Shown here: in pieces, positions 39,157 to 48,609 of the stretch
How the letters are laid out: every line of letters begins with the position of its first letter
How positions within the stretch are numbered: the first letter of the stretch is position 1
NCBI GenBank assembly: GCA_963752045.1
Contig: CAVVWN010000007.1
Span: 157,961-221,960 of the forward strand
From: an uncultured Acidobacteriota bacterium
GTDB taxonomy: Bacteria > Acidobacteriota > Vicinamibacteria > Vicinamibacterales > SCN-69-37
Length of the DNA stretch: 64,000 nucleotides
Direction: 5' to 3'
Notes under the pieces: model-generated
What the model saw: the letters and a program-made list of their open reading frames with translations, nothing else
What the model was told of the DNA's origin: nothing
The model's database searches: none
Position numbers and translations under genes: made by a program

Positions 39157-41135
39157 CGGGTCACCGCCTTGTCGTCGATGCGTTCGTTGCGCCCGCGGAA
39201 GCGTTCCGGGAGCAGATGTTCGTAGGCCATGAGCGCCTGCTGGATCGCGTACCGGTCACCGCCGACCTTCCGGATGCGCTCCACTTCAGCCAGACGTGCC
39301 GCCGTGTCGGGGTGGTCCACGTAGTCTTTCGCGCCGTAGCCCCGCCAGCCTGGAGGCAGCTCCATCTTCTTCACGTCGAGCGCTTCGTAGGCGAGCGTCG
39401 GAAGCGTGTCGGACTCGTCCGCCCAGGTCGCAAGCGTGCGCTTGAGCCACTCGGCGTCGTTGCGCCGCGGGTAGTCCTCGCGGAAGTGCGCGCCGCGGCT
39501 TTCCGTGCGCAGGGCGGCGCCATAGGCCACGGCGAGCGCGACCTTCAGCATCTTCTGCGTGCGGTACGCCGTGACGAGCTCAGGATTGGACCCGCGGGCC
39601 TTGCAGCGAAGGCTGATCCGGCGGCTGCGGTCGAGTAGCTGCTCCAGCTCCGTCACGGCGGCCTCGAGGTCCTTGCCCCGCCGGAAGATGCCGACCTTGT
39701 CGGTCATGACCTGCTGCATGCGCGCGCGGATCTCGCTCGCGTCTTCCCCGCCGCCGCCGTCGAGCATGACGTCGAGCTTCGCCTGCTCCCGGCCGACGAA
39801 CTCCTTCACGACGCCGAGCGGGACGTTGAGGTCGTTCTCGGGCCTGTCGCAGAAGTCGCCGATCGACTCCCCCACGATCATGCCGGCCACGACCGTCTCG
39901 GCCACGGAGTTCCCGCCGAGCCGATTGAAGCCGTGCATGTCCCAGCAGGCGGCTTCACCGGCGGCGAACAGGCCCCTGAGCGTCGGGCTCTCGCCGCTGG
40001 GCTTCGTCCGCACGCCCCCCATCGTGTAGTGCTGCGCGGGCCTCACCGGAATCAGATCCTTCACCGGATCGACGCCGAGGAAGTAGTGGCAAATCTCGTA
40101 CACCTCGCGCAGGTTGTGCTTGATGTGGTGCTCGCCGAGCAGGGTGATGTCGAGCCAGATGTGGTCGCCGAACCGGCTCTTCGCACCCTTGCCCTTTGCG
40201 ATGTGCTCTTCCATGCGCCGCGAGACGACGTCGCGCGAGGCCAGCTCCTTCTTCTCGGGCTCGTAGTCCGGCATGAAGCGGTGGAGGTCCACGTCCTTGA
40301 GCAGCCCGCCGTCGCCGCGACAGCCCTCGGTGACCAGGATGCCGGCCGGGAAGATCCCGGTCGGGTGAAACTGGACCGCCTCCATGTTGCCAAGCGCCGC
40401 GACGCCGGTCTCGAGGGCGAGCGCGTGACCGATGCCCTCGCAGATCACCGCGTTGGTCGTCACGCGATAAATGCGACCGGCCCCGCCCGTGGCGATGGCC
40501 GTGGCCTTGGCGAGATACGCCGTAAGCGTACCGGTCACCAGGTCGCGAACGACCGCGCCGTAGCAGCGGCCCTCGTCGTGAATGAGCGCGAGCGCCTCGA
40601 CGCGCTCGTGCACGGGAATCTCGGACGCGATGGCCCGGTCGGCCACGGCCGTGAGCATGGCGTGGCCGGTGCCGTCCGACACGTAGCACGTCCGCCATTT
40701 CTTGGTGCCGCCGAAGTCCCGTTGCGCGAGCGTGCCGTGCGCCTCGTCGCGCTCGGTGATGGTCACGCGCTCGCCGTTGATGACGACCTCGCGGTCGCCC
40801 TTCCTGACCCGGCTCCAGGGCACGCCCCACGCCGCCAGCTCGCGCACGGCTTTGGGCGCAGTGTTGACGAACATGCGCACCACGTCCTGGTCGGCGCCCC
40901 AGTCCGACCCGCGCACCGTGTCCTCGAAGTGCACGTCCTCGGTGTCGCCCTGTCCCTTGATGACGTTGCCGAGGCTCGCCTGCATGCCGCCCTGCGCGGC
41001 TTTCGAATGCGAGCGCTTGGCCGGCACGAGCGAGAGCACGAGCGCGTCATGGCCCCGGCGCCTGGCGCCGAGCGCGACGCGCAGACCGGCCAGCCCGCCG
41101 CCGATCACGAGCACATCCGTATAGACGACCTTCAT
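39153..41135 (-). CDS. sdhA: succinate dehydrogenase/fumarate reductase flavoprotein subunit
   Basis: It has the FAD motif [19 protein letters not shown] (covalent FAD His region) and HYTMGG. 660 aa. Confidence 0.95.
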   Translation of the reverse strand: MKVVYTDVLVIGGGLAGLRVALGARRRGHDALVLSLVPAKRSHSKAAQGGMQASLGNVIKGQGDTEDVHFEDTVRGSDWGADQDVVRMFVNTAPKAVRELAAWGVPWSRVRKGDREVVINGERVTITERDEAHGTLAQRDFGGTKKWRTCYVSDGTGHAMLTAVADRAIASEIPVHERVEALALIHDEGRCYGAVVRDLVTGTLTAYLAKATAIATGGAGRIYRVTTNAVICEGIGHALALETGVAALGNMEAVQFHPTGIFPAGILVTEGCRGDGGLLKDVDLHRFMPDYEPEKKELASRDVVSRRMEEHIAKGKGAKSRFGDHIWLDITLLGEHHIKHNLREVYEICHYFLGVDPVKDLIPVRPAQHYTMGGVRTKPSGESPTLRGLFAAGEAACWDMHGFNRLGGNSVAETVVAGMIVGESIGDFCDRPENDLNVPLGVVKEFVGREQAKLDVMLDGGGGEDASEIRARMQQVMTDKVGIFRRGKDLEAAVTELEQLLDRSRRISLRCKARGSNPELVTAYRTQKMLKVALAVAYGAALRTESRGAHFREDYPRRNDAEWLKRTLATWADESDTLPTLAYEALDVKKMELPPGWRGYGAKDYVDHPDTAARLAEVERIRKVGGDRYAIQQALMAYEHLLPERFRGRNERIDDKAVTR

Positions 41136-41911
41136 CGCCCACCTCCCGTACGGCCCTCAGCCGCCCAGGCGGGCGTGTACCGCATGTCGGGGGTGTCGCG
41201 GATCTCCCAGCCGATCCGGTAGTAGGCCGCCAGCGTCAGGAGGCCGAGCACCAGGAAGAACGCCGTCAGCGCCCACTTGAACCTCGACAGGCGCTTGCGC
41301 GACACCGCCGGGTCCGCGCCTTCGAACCAGCCCCACTTGACCGCGAGCCGGTAGAGCCCGACGCCGCCATGGAGCTCGACGCAGAAGAGCAGCACGAGGT
41401 ACAGCGGCCACCACGACTGGAAGACGCGAGTCCCTGAGGCGAAGGGCCCGATGGCGCCCGGGTTCATCAGCATCTGGTAGAGGTGCGCCGACCCCAGGAA
41501 GAACAGCAGGAACCCGGTGACGAACTGCAGCCACCAGAGCGACGTGTCGGCGTGCCGGAAGAGGTTCTTGTGGCCGATGAACGTCCGGTACTGCTCGTAG
41601 TTGGCCGGGAACTTGCGCATGGCCAGAAACGCATGGGCGATGAAGGAGGCGAAGACGAACGCCACGACTCCCGAAACCAGGATCGGATACGCGGTGCCGA
41701 AGACGAAGTAGCCCTCGAACATCTTGGTCACCGTCCACATCGCGTCCGGGCTGATCAGGATCGAGGACACGAACATCATGTGGCCCCACATGAACAGCCC
41801 CAGGAAGAGGCCAGAGACGCTCTGGAGCATGTCCAGACGAGCCGGCCAATGGCTCTTCTTCGCGCGCTCGGACAGGCCGGCGCCGGCGATCACCGTGGTT
41901 TCGGAAGTCAT
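41132..41911 (-). CDS. succinate:quinone/quinol:fumarate oxidoreductase di-haem cytochrome b subunit (Wolinella FrdC type)
   Basis: ORF 41132..42118 trimmed to AGGAG-preceded ATG 41911. [38 protein letters not shown] and [19 protein letters not shown] closely resemble my recollection of Wolinella succinogenes FrdC. Gene order is C-A-B. Confidence 0.8.
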   Translation of the reverse strand: MTSETTVIAGAGLSERAKKSHWPARLDMLQSVSGLFLGLFMWGHMMFVSSILISPDAMWTVTKMFEGYFVFGTAYPILVSGVVAFVFASFIAHAFLAMRKFPANYEQYRTFIGHKNLFRHADTSLWWLQFVTGFLLFFLGSAHLYQMLMNPGAIGPFASGTRVFQSWWPLYLVLLFCVELHGGVGLYRLAVKWGWFEGADPAVSRKRLSRFKWALTAFFLVLGLLTLAAYYRIGWEIRDTPDMRYTPAWAAEGRTGGGR

Positions 41912-42055
41912 CCTGCACGCTCCTGGATGGAACGTCCTCTTTGCGCGGCGATCGAACACGACCGAAGGGGAACCGGGACCGTCATGGGAGACGTGCCCAC
42001 CGCGGGAGTGACGGCAAGGAAGGACGCATACGTCGCGAGGATGCGCGCGGAAGGA

Positions 42056-42092
42056 GCGCCTGAGGTTCCGGGCAGGAACGCCCGGCAGGCGC
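42056..42092 (-). terminator. stem-loop terminator candidate after nrdJ
   Basis: An outer stem GCGCCTG/CAGGCGC and inner stem CCGGGC/GCCCGG lie about 60 nt after the nrdJ stop, followed by TCCTTCC on the minus strand. Confidence 0.4.
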
Positions 42093-42154
42093 CACGCCGG
42101 CGCACCGCTCACCCGCAATCTTACCGGATCAGCGGCGTCCTTGGGTGGACCGTT

Positions 42155-44947
42155 CTACGCGCAGCCGCTCGTGGTGCCGCAGTTGGTGCACTTGTAGCAG
42201 GCGCCCGAGCGCACCATGATCGAGCCGCACATCGAGCAGGGCGGCGCGTCTTCCTGATTCTGAATCGCCGCGAACCTCGACTTCGCCGCCTGTGGCGCGG
42301 ACTGGACTTCAGTCCGCGCTACGTCACCCGTCGCACCCGCCATCGCCTTCACATCGAGCGTGAGCTGCTCGGGCGTGGTCGGCTGCTCGGGCATGTTCAG
42401 CCCGGCGTTGTACTTGGCTTCCTCGGACAGGAACTTCGCCGCCAGCCACCGGAAGATGTAGTCGACGATGGACTTGGCGAAGCGAATCTCCGGGTTCTTC
42501 GTCATGCCGGCCGGCTCGAAGCGGACGTGGCTGAACTTGTCTACCAGGTCCTGAAGCGGCACGCCGTACTGCAGCGCGTAGCTCACGGCCTGCGCGAAGG
42601 CGTCGGCAAAACCGGAAATCGTCGAGCCTTCCTTGGCCATCGTGAGGAAGAGCTCGCCCGGCTGACCGTTCTCGTAGAGCCCGACGGTGATGTACCCCTC
42701 ATGACCGCCAATGTCGAACTTGTGGGTGATCGACCGGCGTTCGTCGGGCAGCCGCCGCCGCTGCGGTTCCGGCTGGGCGCCGGCCGCCACCTTCTCCTTG
42801 TCCTTCGACGTATTGAGCGGCTGGGTGCGCTTGCTGCCGTCCCGGTAGATCGACACGGCCTTGGCGCCGAGCCGCCAGGCATCGACGTAGGCCTGTTCGA
42901 TGTCCTCGACGGTGGCCTCTTTCGGCACGTTCACCGTCTTCGAAATCGCGCCGGAGATGAACGGCTGCACGGCGCCGATCATCTTGATGTGGCCCATGTA
43001 GTGAATCGATCGCGATCCGCTCGAGGGCTTGAACGCACAGTCGAACACGGCCAGGTGCTCGTCCTTGAGGAACGGCGCGCCCTCGATCGTCTCGTGCTCG
43101 TCGATGAAGCCGACGATGCCCTTGATCTCGTCGGCGGTGTAGCCGAGCTTCTCGAGCGCCATGGGAACGGTGTTGTTGACGATCTTCATCAGGCCGCCGC
43201 CGACGAGCTTCTTGTACTTGACGAGCGCGATGTCGGGCTCGACGCCCGTGGTGTCGCAGTCCATCATGAAGCCGATGGTGCCGGTGGGCGCGAGCACGGT
43301 GGCCTGCGCGTTCCGGTAGCCGTGCGCCTCGCCGAGCTCGACGCACTCGTCCCAGATCTCGCGCGCTTTCTCGAAGAGCGGGGCCGGAACGTGGGTCCGA
43401 TCGATGTCCTTGAGCGCGGTGCGATGCTTGCGCATCACGCGGAGCATCGGCTCGCGGTTCTTCTCGTAGCCGGGGAACGGGCCGCCGTGGTCGCGGGCGA
43501 CGCGGGCCGACTGCGCGTAGGCCGCGCCGTGCATGACGGCCGTGATCGTCGCCGCGTAGTCGCGGCCGGCGTCGCTGTCGTAGGGCAGCCCGCGCGACAT
43601 CAACAGCGCGCCCAGGTTGGCGTAGCCCAGCCCGAGCGGCCGGTAGTCGTGGCTGTTGCGCCCGATGGCCGGCGTCGGATAGCTCGCGTTGTCGATGAGA
43701 ATCTCCTGCGCCGTGATGAACGTCGCGCACGCGCGTTCGAAGCTCTCCGCGTCGAGTTCACCGTCGGGCCCGACGAACTTCATCAGGTTGATGGACGCCA
43801 GGTTGCAGGCCGAGTCGTCGAGGAACATGTACTCCGAACAGGGGTTGCTCGCGTTGATCCGCGCCGTGTTCGGGCAGGTGTGCCAGTCGTTGACCGTCGA
43901 GTCGAACTGCATGCCCGGATCGCCGCAGACCCAGGTGGCCTCCGCGATCTGACGCATCAGGTCGCTCGCCTTGTAGGTGTCCATCGGCTCGCCGCTCGTC
44001 ACCGCCCTCGTCTGCCAGTCCCCGTCGTCGAGCACGGCCCGCATGAACGCATCGGCCACGCGCACCGAGTTGTTCGAATTCTGGAAGAACACCGACGCGT
44101 AGGCCGGGCCGGTGAACGAGCCGTCGTAGCCGGCATCGATGAGCGCCCAGGCCTTCTTCTCTTCTTCCACCTTGCAGTTGATGAACTCGACGATGTCCGG
44201 GTGCTCGGCGTTGAGGATCACCATCTTCGCCGCCCGGCGCGTCTTGCCGCCGGACTTGATCACGCCGGCGAAGGCGTCGAAGCCCTTCATGAACGACACG
44301 GGGCCGGAGGCCGTGCCGCCGCCCGCCAGCACCTCCCTCGACGACCGCAGCGACGACAGGTTCGAGCCCGTGCCCGAACCGAACTTGAACAACATGCCTT
44401 CGGTCTTGGCGAGCGTGAGAATCGACTCCATCGTGTCCTGGACGGAGTTGATGAAACACGCCGAACACTGCGGCGCCTTCTCGAAACCGCAGTTGAACCA
44501 CACCGGGCTGTTGAACGCACCCTTCTGGTAGACCAGCAGGTGCTTCAGATCGTCGCTGAACGCCGACAGATCATCCTCGGAGGAAAAATACTCCTGCGCG
44601 CGCGCCCAGCCCGTGATCGTGTCGACGACACGGCCAATCAACTGCTTGACGGAACGTTCGCGCTGCGGCGTGCCGATCTGGCCGCGGAAGTACTTCGACA
44701 CCACGATGTTGGTCGCCTGCTGCGACCAGAACTTCGGGAACTCCACGTCACGCTGCTCGAACACAACCTCGCCACGCTCGTTGGCGATGACGGCCGCACG
44801 AAGCTCCCAGTCAATCTCTTCGAACGGATCGGTGCCTTCCTTGCTGAAGTACCGCTCGAATTCGAGACCGGAAACAGACCGGCCGGGGCCGAAGGCCCGA
44901 TCAGGCGCCGGTGCGGTCGTCGTGTCGCTGTGCTGAGCCCTGTGCAT
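42155..44947 (-). CDS. nrdJ: vitamin B12-dependent ribonucleotide reductase (class II)
   Basis: ORF trimmed to GGAGG-preceded ATG 44947. It has LEFERYFSKEG, NIVVSKYFRG, NSPVWFNCG, CSEYMFLDDSACNLASINL and a C-terminal Cys-rich tail CSMCG...CYKCTNCG. Confidence 0.95.
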   Translation of the reverse strand: MHRAQHSDTTTAPAPDRAFGPGRSVSGLEFERYFSKEGTDPFEEIDWELRAAVIANERGEVVFEQRDVEFPKFWSQQATNIVVSKYFRGQIGTPQRERSVKQLIGRVVDTITGWARAQEYFSSEDDLSAFSDDLKHLLVYQKGAFNSPVWFNCGFEKAPQCSACFINSVQDTMESILTLAKTEGMLFKFGSGTGSNLSSLRSSREVLAGGGTASGPVSFMKGFDAFAGVIKSGGKTRRAAKMVILNAEHPDIVEFINCKVEEEKKAWALIDAGYDGSFTGPAYASVFFQNSNNSVRVADAFMRAVLDDGDWQTRAVTSGEPMDTYKASDLMRQIAEATWVCGDPGMQFDSTVNDWHTCPNTARINASNPCSEYMFLDDSACNLASINLMKFVGPDGELDAESFERACATFITAQEILIDNASYPTPAIGRNSHDYRPLGLGYANLGALLMSRGLPYDSDAGRDYAATITAVMHGAAYAQSARVARDHGGPFPGYEKNREPMLRVMRKHRTALKDIDRTHVPAPLFEKAREIWDECVELGEAHGYRNAQATVLAPTGTIGFMMDCDTTGVEPDIALVKYKKLVGGGLMKIVNNTVPMALEKLGYTADEIKGIVGFIDEHETIEGAPFLKDEHLAVFDCAFKPSSGSRSIHYMGHIKMIGAVQPFISGAISKTVNVPKEATVEDIEQAYVDAWRLGAKAVSIYRDGSKRTQPLNTSKDKEKVAAGAQPEPQRRRLPDERRSITHKFDIGGHEGYITVGLYENGQPGELFLTMAKEGSTISGFADAFAQAVSYALQYGVPLQDLVDKFSHVRFEPAGMTKNPEIRFAKSIVDYIFRWLAAKFLSEEAKYNAGLNMPEQPTTPEQLTLDVKAMAGATGDVARTEVQSAPQAAKSRFAAIQNQEDAPPCSMCGSIMVRSGACYKCTNCGTTSGCA

Positions 44948-45155
44948 CTCGTGCCTCCGTCTTTCTGTACATGGCGACGCATCTTGCTCCGACGGCCGCC
45001 GATCGATTGTGTCGCGGACGCCGCAACAGTTACCTCGCCGCATGCCTTGCCGCCCGGAAACCCCGCGGGCCATGGTTTCCCGGGACGCCGCGACGAGTCC
45101 TCAGGCGAGACCCTGGGATGGCGTCGCCCTCGGCTGTTGCTGCTGCCGGCGAACG

Positions 45156-45184
45156 AATATGCGCCCTCACCTCCTTGATGTCAA
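45156..45184 (-). promoter_or_regulatory. sigma70-like promoter candidate for nrdJ (TTGACA-17 nt-CATATT)
   Basis: On the minus strand, TTGACA (45184-45179), a 17-nt spacer and CATATT (45161-45156). This implies a leader of about 200 nt before ATG 44947. Confidence 0.4.
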
Positions 45185-45193
45185 GCGTGAAAA

Positions 45194-45209
45194 CCACGAT
45201 ATGTTGTGG
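45194..45209. promoter_or_regulatory. NrdR-box-like 16-bp palindrome upstream of the nrdJ promoter
   Basis: CCACGATATGTTGTGG has 6 of 8 palindromic pairs. By my count it matches about 12 of 16 positions of the published NrdR box consensus (acaCwAtATaTwGtgt). It sits 9 nt upstream of the -35. Confidence 0.45.
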
Positions 45210-45360
45210 TCCCGAGAGTCACTCCCCTCGACATCTCGCGATCGAGCCCACTGGACCGGGCGTTTTTGCACCTGACCTATTTTCCCATGGTTGCACACGC
45301 CGGCACCGGGAGCCACGACGCCCGGGCGGCCCGCCGCGGCGGGCCTGATAGAGTTCGTCT

Positions 45361-46137
45361 GTGGACCCGATTCCGGCCCTCGACATGAGCCCGCAACCGG
45401 TGCCGCCGGCCATCGAGGTCCCGCGCACGGCGGTCGTGCCGCGCTGGTTCGCCATGATCCAGGCGTTCGCGGTGTGCGGCATCCCCACGCAGCTCTTCGT
45501 GGCTGCCGTGCTCATGCTCGGGCTGGGGCTCGAGCCCTTCCAGGGCGCCACCCTGTCGTTCGAGTTCTTCGCGACGCTCAGCCTGCTCGACACGGCGCTC
45601 GTCGCTCTGCTCATCCTGCTGTTCCTCACGCTCAGCGGCGAAACTTCACGGGACGTCTTCATCGGACCGCGCTCGATCCCGAGGGAGATTGTCCGCGGCC
45701 TGCTGCTCGTGCCGGTCGTCGCCATCGCGGTCACCCTGCTCGTCGTCGGCATCCGGACCGTCGCGCCATGGATGCACAACGTGCAGGACAACCCGCTCGA
45801 AGCGTTCATGCAGAGCCCGTTCGAGGCGCTCATCTTCATGGTCGTCGTGGTGCTGGCCGGCGGCGTGCGCGAAGAACTGCAGCGCGCGTTCATCCTGCAC
45901 CGATTCAGGCAGGCCCTTGGCGGCGTCGTCGTCGGCCTGGCGATCTTCAGCGTGGCCTTCGGATTACTGCACCTCGACCAGGGCTTCGACGTGGCGTTGG
46001 CCGTGGGCCTGCTCGGCCTGTTCTGGGGCATTCTCTACGTGCGGCGGCGTTCGGCCGTGCTGGGCATGACCAATCACGCCGGGTTCAACGCCGCCCAGGT
46101 GCTCCAGCAGCTCGTGGCCCGCGCTTTCGGGGGCTGA
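45361..46137 (+). CDS. CPBP family intramembrane glutamic endopeptidase (CAAX protease-like)
   Basis: It has multiple TM helices and the motifs GVREELQRAF (EExxxR), FGLLH (FxxxH) and HAGFN. GTG 45361 or ATG 45385 are possible starts. Confidence 0.8.
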   Translation: MDPIPALDMSPQPVPPAIEVPRTAVVPRWFAMIQAFAVCGIPTQLFVAAVLMLGLGLEPFQGATLSFEFFATLSLLDTALVALLILLFLTLSGETSRDVFIGPRSIPREIVRGLLLVPVVAIAVTLLVVGIRTVAPWMHNVQDNPLEAFMQSPFEALIFMVVVVLAGGVREELQRAFILHRFRQALGGVVVGLAIFSVAFGLLHLDQGFDVALAVGLLGLFWGILYVRRRSAVLGMTNHAGFNAAQVLQQLVARAFGG

Positions 46138-46147
46138 TTCCCGGCGC

Positions 46148-47185
46148 ATGGTCTCGCCCGGGCTCTTTCGCATCGTCCGCTGCCCAGACTGTGCGGGTCC
46201 CATTCATCCGGATGCGACGGCCGCCCGCTGCGAGCGCTGCGGCCGCACGTTCGACGCGGCGGCCGGGTATCTGGATCTTCGTCCCTCAACGGCCTTCGCG
46301 GAAAACACGAAGTATCTCGACGCCGAGTTGCACGCCGACGCCCGCCACGAGACGATCGCGCCGCCGCTGCTCGGGTCGAAGATCCGGCAGGACATGCTGC
46401 GGGCGTTTCTCGCGCCGGGTGCGGGCGACCGCGCAATCGACCTCGGCTGCGGGAGCGGACGCGCGCTTGCGTGGAACACGGGATCGGGAGCCGTGCTCAC
46501 GGGCATCGACATCAGCCCGTACTTCGCTCGTGAAGCGCTTGCCGGTCACGACCTGCTGCTCGGCGACCTTCGGCGGCTTCCCCTGCGCGACGCCGCCTTC
46601 ACAAAGGCCTGGACGCTCGACGTCGTCGAGCACGTCTCGCCCGATGCGCTCGAGCAGGTGCTCGCCGAAGCGAACCGCGTGCTCGCTCCAGGCGGCGCCC
46701 TGTTCGTCTACTCGCACGTGCGCAAGAACGGCTGGATCGCCGGCGGGGTCCGTGCGGTCAACAGGCTCGCCGCGCTGCTCGATCGGGCCGGCGCGCTCGA
46801 CCTCACGCAGGAACGGCTTCGCAAGTCCGACCATCTCAATCCGCTCGCCGACCACGAGGAACTGGAAGCGTTCGCCGCCCGCGCCGGATTCAGCATCGAG
46901 CGCATCACCTTCTATACGCCGATCGTCGGCGCACTCGTCGAGAACGTCCTTGTTCGCATGGGGGAACGGATGCTCGCAAGGCGGGCGGTCAGCGCCGGCG
47001 CGGCCGCGAACGCCCACGATCCGGCCGCCCTCAAGGCTGCCCGATCGGCCGCCAAGGCCCGGGTGCGCGCGAAAGGCGCAACCTACCGGATACTCGTGCT
47101 GCTCTCGGCCGTCATGAAGCTGGACATCTGGCTCTTCGGTCGCATCAGATCGGGGCCGTTCTTTGCGCTGCTCAGGAAGACATGA
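46148..47185 (+). CDS. class I SAM-dependent methyltransferase with N-terminal zinc-ribbon and C-terminal hydrophobic helix
   Basis: It has CPDCAG...CERCG, SAM motif I IDLGCGSGR, post-I LLLGDLRRLP and a C-terminal YRILVLLSAVMKLDIWLFG. Confidence 0.8.
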   Translation: MVSPGLFRIVRCPDCAGPIHPDATAARCERCGRTFDAAAGYLDLRPSTAFAENTKYLDAELHADARHETIAPPLLGSKIRQDMLRAFLAPGAGDRAIDLGCGSGRALAWNTGSGAVLTGIDISPYFAREALAGHDLLLGDLRRLPLRDAAFTKAWTLDVVEHVSPDALEQVLAEANRVLAPGGALFVYSHVRKNGWIAGGVRAVNRLAALLDRAGALDLTQERLRKSDHLNPLADHEELEAFAARAGFSIERITFYTPIVGALVENVLVRMGERMLARRAVSAGAAANAHDPAALKAARSAAKARVRAKGATYRILVLLSAVMKLDIWLFGRIRSGPFFALLRKT

Positions 47186-47188
47186 GCG

Positions 47189-47233
47189 GGTACGACAGGT
47201 ACGACGGGTACGACGGGTACGACGGGTACGTGG
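47189..47233. repeat. tandem array GGTACGAC(A/G), 4 units plus 1 degenerate (left arm of a foldback)
   Basis: It starts 3 nt after the methyltransferase TGA (47183-47185). The unit is the same as at 13889-13978. Confidence 0.95.
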
Positions 47234-47383
47234 AACGAGCTGGCGCTGGCCAGCCTTCTTCATGTGCTGGAGACGGTCGAATCAGAGAAGAGCTCGTGAG
47301 CCCTGTGGGAGTAGTGGCGAGCCGGCTTCGGTCACGTGCGGGAGTCCGCATTTGAGTAGAAGATGACAAGCTTCAGGTTCCTC

Positions 47384-47452
47384 GTACCCGTCGTACCCGT
47401 CGTACCTGTCGTACCTGTCGTACCCGTCGTACCCGTCGTACCTGTCGTACCC
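47384..47452. repeat. tandem array GTACC(C/T)GTC, 7 units plus a partial unit (right arm, reverse complement of the left arm)
   Basis: Counted by hand. It ends 11 nt before ATG 47464 of the first GT4 gene. Confidence 0.95.
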
Positions 47453-47463
47453 GAGATCTCTTG

Positions 47464-48609
47464 ATGCGCGTTCTCTACGTCGCCACCGACCAGACCGTTC
47501 CGGGCACGCTCGGCGGGTCGGTGCACGTGCAGGCTGTGGCCAACGGGCTGGCCGCGCGGGGCCACGACGTCCACGTCGTCGCCCGGCAGCGTGGACCGTG
47601 GCCGGAAGGGCCGGCCACCTGGCACGCCCTCGCCCCGCCGTTCGGCATCCGTCACCTCCGCTGGATGCATCAGGGCACTGTCACACGACTCGGACAGCGA
47701 ATCCGACCCGACGTCGTCATCGAGCGCTACCACAACTTCGGCGGCGAGGGCGTCCTGGCCGCCCGGCGCCTCGGCGTGCCCGCCGTGCTCGAGGTCAACG
47801 CGCCGGTCATCGACTATCCGGGATCGACCAAGTCGCGTCTCGACCGCGCATTGCTCGTCGAGCCGATGCGGCGCTGGCGCGATCGCGTCTGCAGGCTGAC
47901 GGACCTGTTCGTCACGCCAACGGCCGACATCCTGCCGTCGTGGGTCGACCGGAGCCGCGTCCTCGAGATCGAATGGGGCGCCGACGTTCACAGTTTCCGG
48001 CCGGACGTGCCCCGGGCGGCCGGTTTTCCCGGCGACCGCAGCCGCATCTGGTGCGTGTTTGCGGGCGCGTTCCGCTCGTGGCACGGCGTCGTCCACCTGG
48101 CGGCGGCGCTCGCGCGACTCCATGCGGCCGGCGACCATCGATTCGGCGCGGTGCTCATCGGTGACGGCCCCGAGCGGCCCGCCGCCGAACGCGCGGCGCG
48201 GGGCGTCCCTGGCATCGTCTTTACCGGCGCCGTGCCCCACGCGGCGATGCCGGGCTGGCTCGCTGCCGCCGACATCGGCGTGGCGCCATTCGACCCCATC
48301 AAGCACGGACCGCTTCGACTCGGCTTCTACTGGTCGCCCTTGAAGATCTTCGAGTACATGTCGGCAGGGCTGCCGGTCGTCGCGCCGGCGTTGCCGAGGC
48401 TGGGACGACTGATTCACACCGGCCGCGAAGGCCTGCTGTACGATCCGTCCGACCCGCGCGCACTCGACCACGCGCTCGGGGAGCTGGGCGATCCGGCCGT
48501 GCGGCGCCGAATGGGACAGGCCGCCCGTGTCCGCGTGGTCGACGAGTTCAGCTGGGAAGCGCATTGCGCGACGCTCGACGAGCGGCTCGCGCGCCTGGTA
48601 TCCGCATGA
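47464..48609 (+). CDS. glycosyltransferase family 4
   Basis: It has MRVLYVATDQTVPGTLGGSVHV and a C-terminal GT-B block WSPLKIFEYMSAGLPVVA. ATG 47464 is preferred over TTG 47461. Confidence 0.85.
   Translation: MRVLYVATDQTVPGTLGGSVHVQAVANGLAARGHDVHVVARQRGPWPEGPATWHALAPPFGIRHLRWMHQGTVTRLGQRIRPDVVIERYHNFGGEGVLAARRLGVPAVLEVNAPVIDYPGSTKSRLDRALLVEPMRRWRDRVCRLTDLFVTPTADILPSWVDRSRVLEIEWGADVHSFRPDVPRAAGFPGDRSRIWCVFAGAFRSWHGVVHLAAALARLHAAGDHRFGAVLIGDGPERPAAERAARGVPGIVFTGAVPHAAMPGWLAAADIGVAPFDPIKHGPLRLGFYWSPLKIFEYMSAGLPVVAPALPRLGRLIHTGREGLLYDPSDPRALDHALGELGDPAVRRRMGQAARVRVVDEFSWEAHCATLDERLARLVSA

Noticed and set aside
44948-45150. Cobalamin riboswitch in the long nrdJ leader
   Set aside because: I looked for a B12-box-like string (AGYCMGGAGACCKGCC-type) on the nrdJ strand and did not see one. 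B12 riboswitches are also more typical of B12-independent RNR genes. Only a covariance-model search could settle it.
45151-45166. Second NrdR box overlapping the -10 (GGGCGCATATTCGTTC)
   Set aside because: It has only about 5 of 8 palindromic pairs, a poor match to consensus outside the central ATAT, and 43-bp centre-to-centre spacing from the good box. It is kept as a remark only.
41483-45178. 1231-aa ORF on the plus strand, the longest in this region
   Set aside because: It lies entirely antisense to nrdJ and the cytochrome b gene, both of which carry strong family motifs. Its translation is Arg/Gly/Ala/Val-rich with no recognisable domain. This is a typical high-GC shadow ORF.
47234-47383. 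Small protein gene or known ncRNA in the 150-bp core between the inverted 9-mer arrays
   Set aside because: No ORF has a plausible start or composition, and I could not match it to tRNA, tmRNA, 6S, RNase P or SRP features by eye. It is left as an open possibility in the findings, not annotated.
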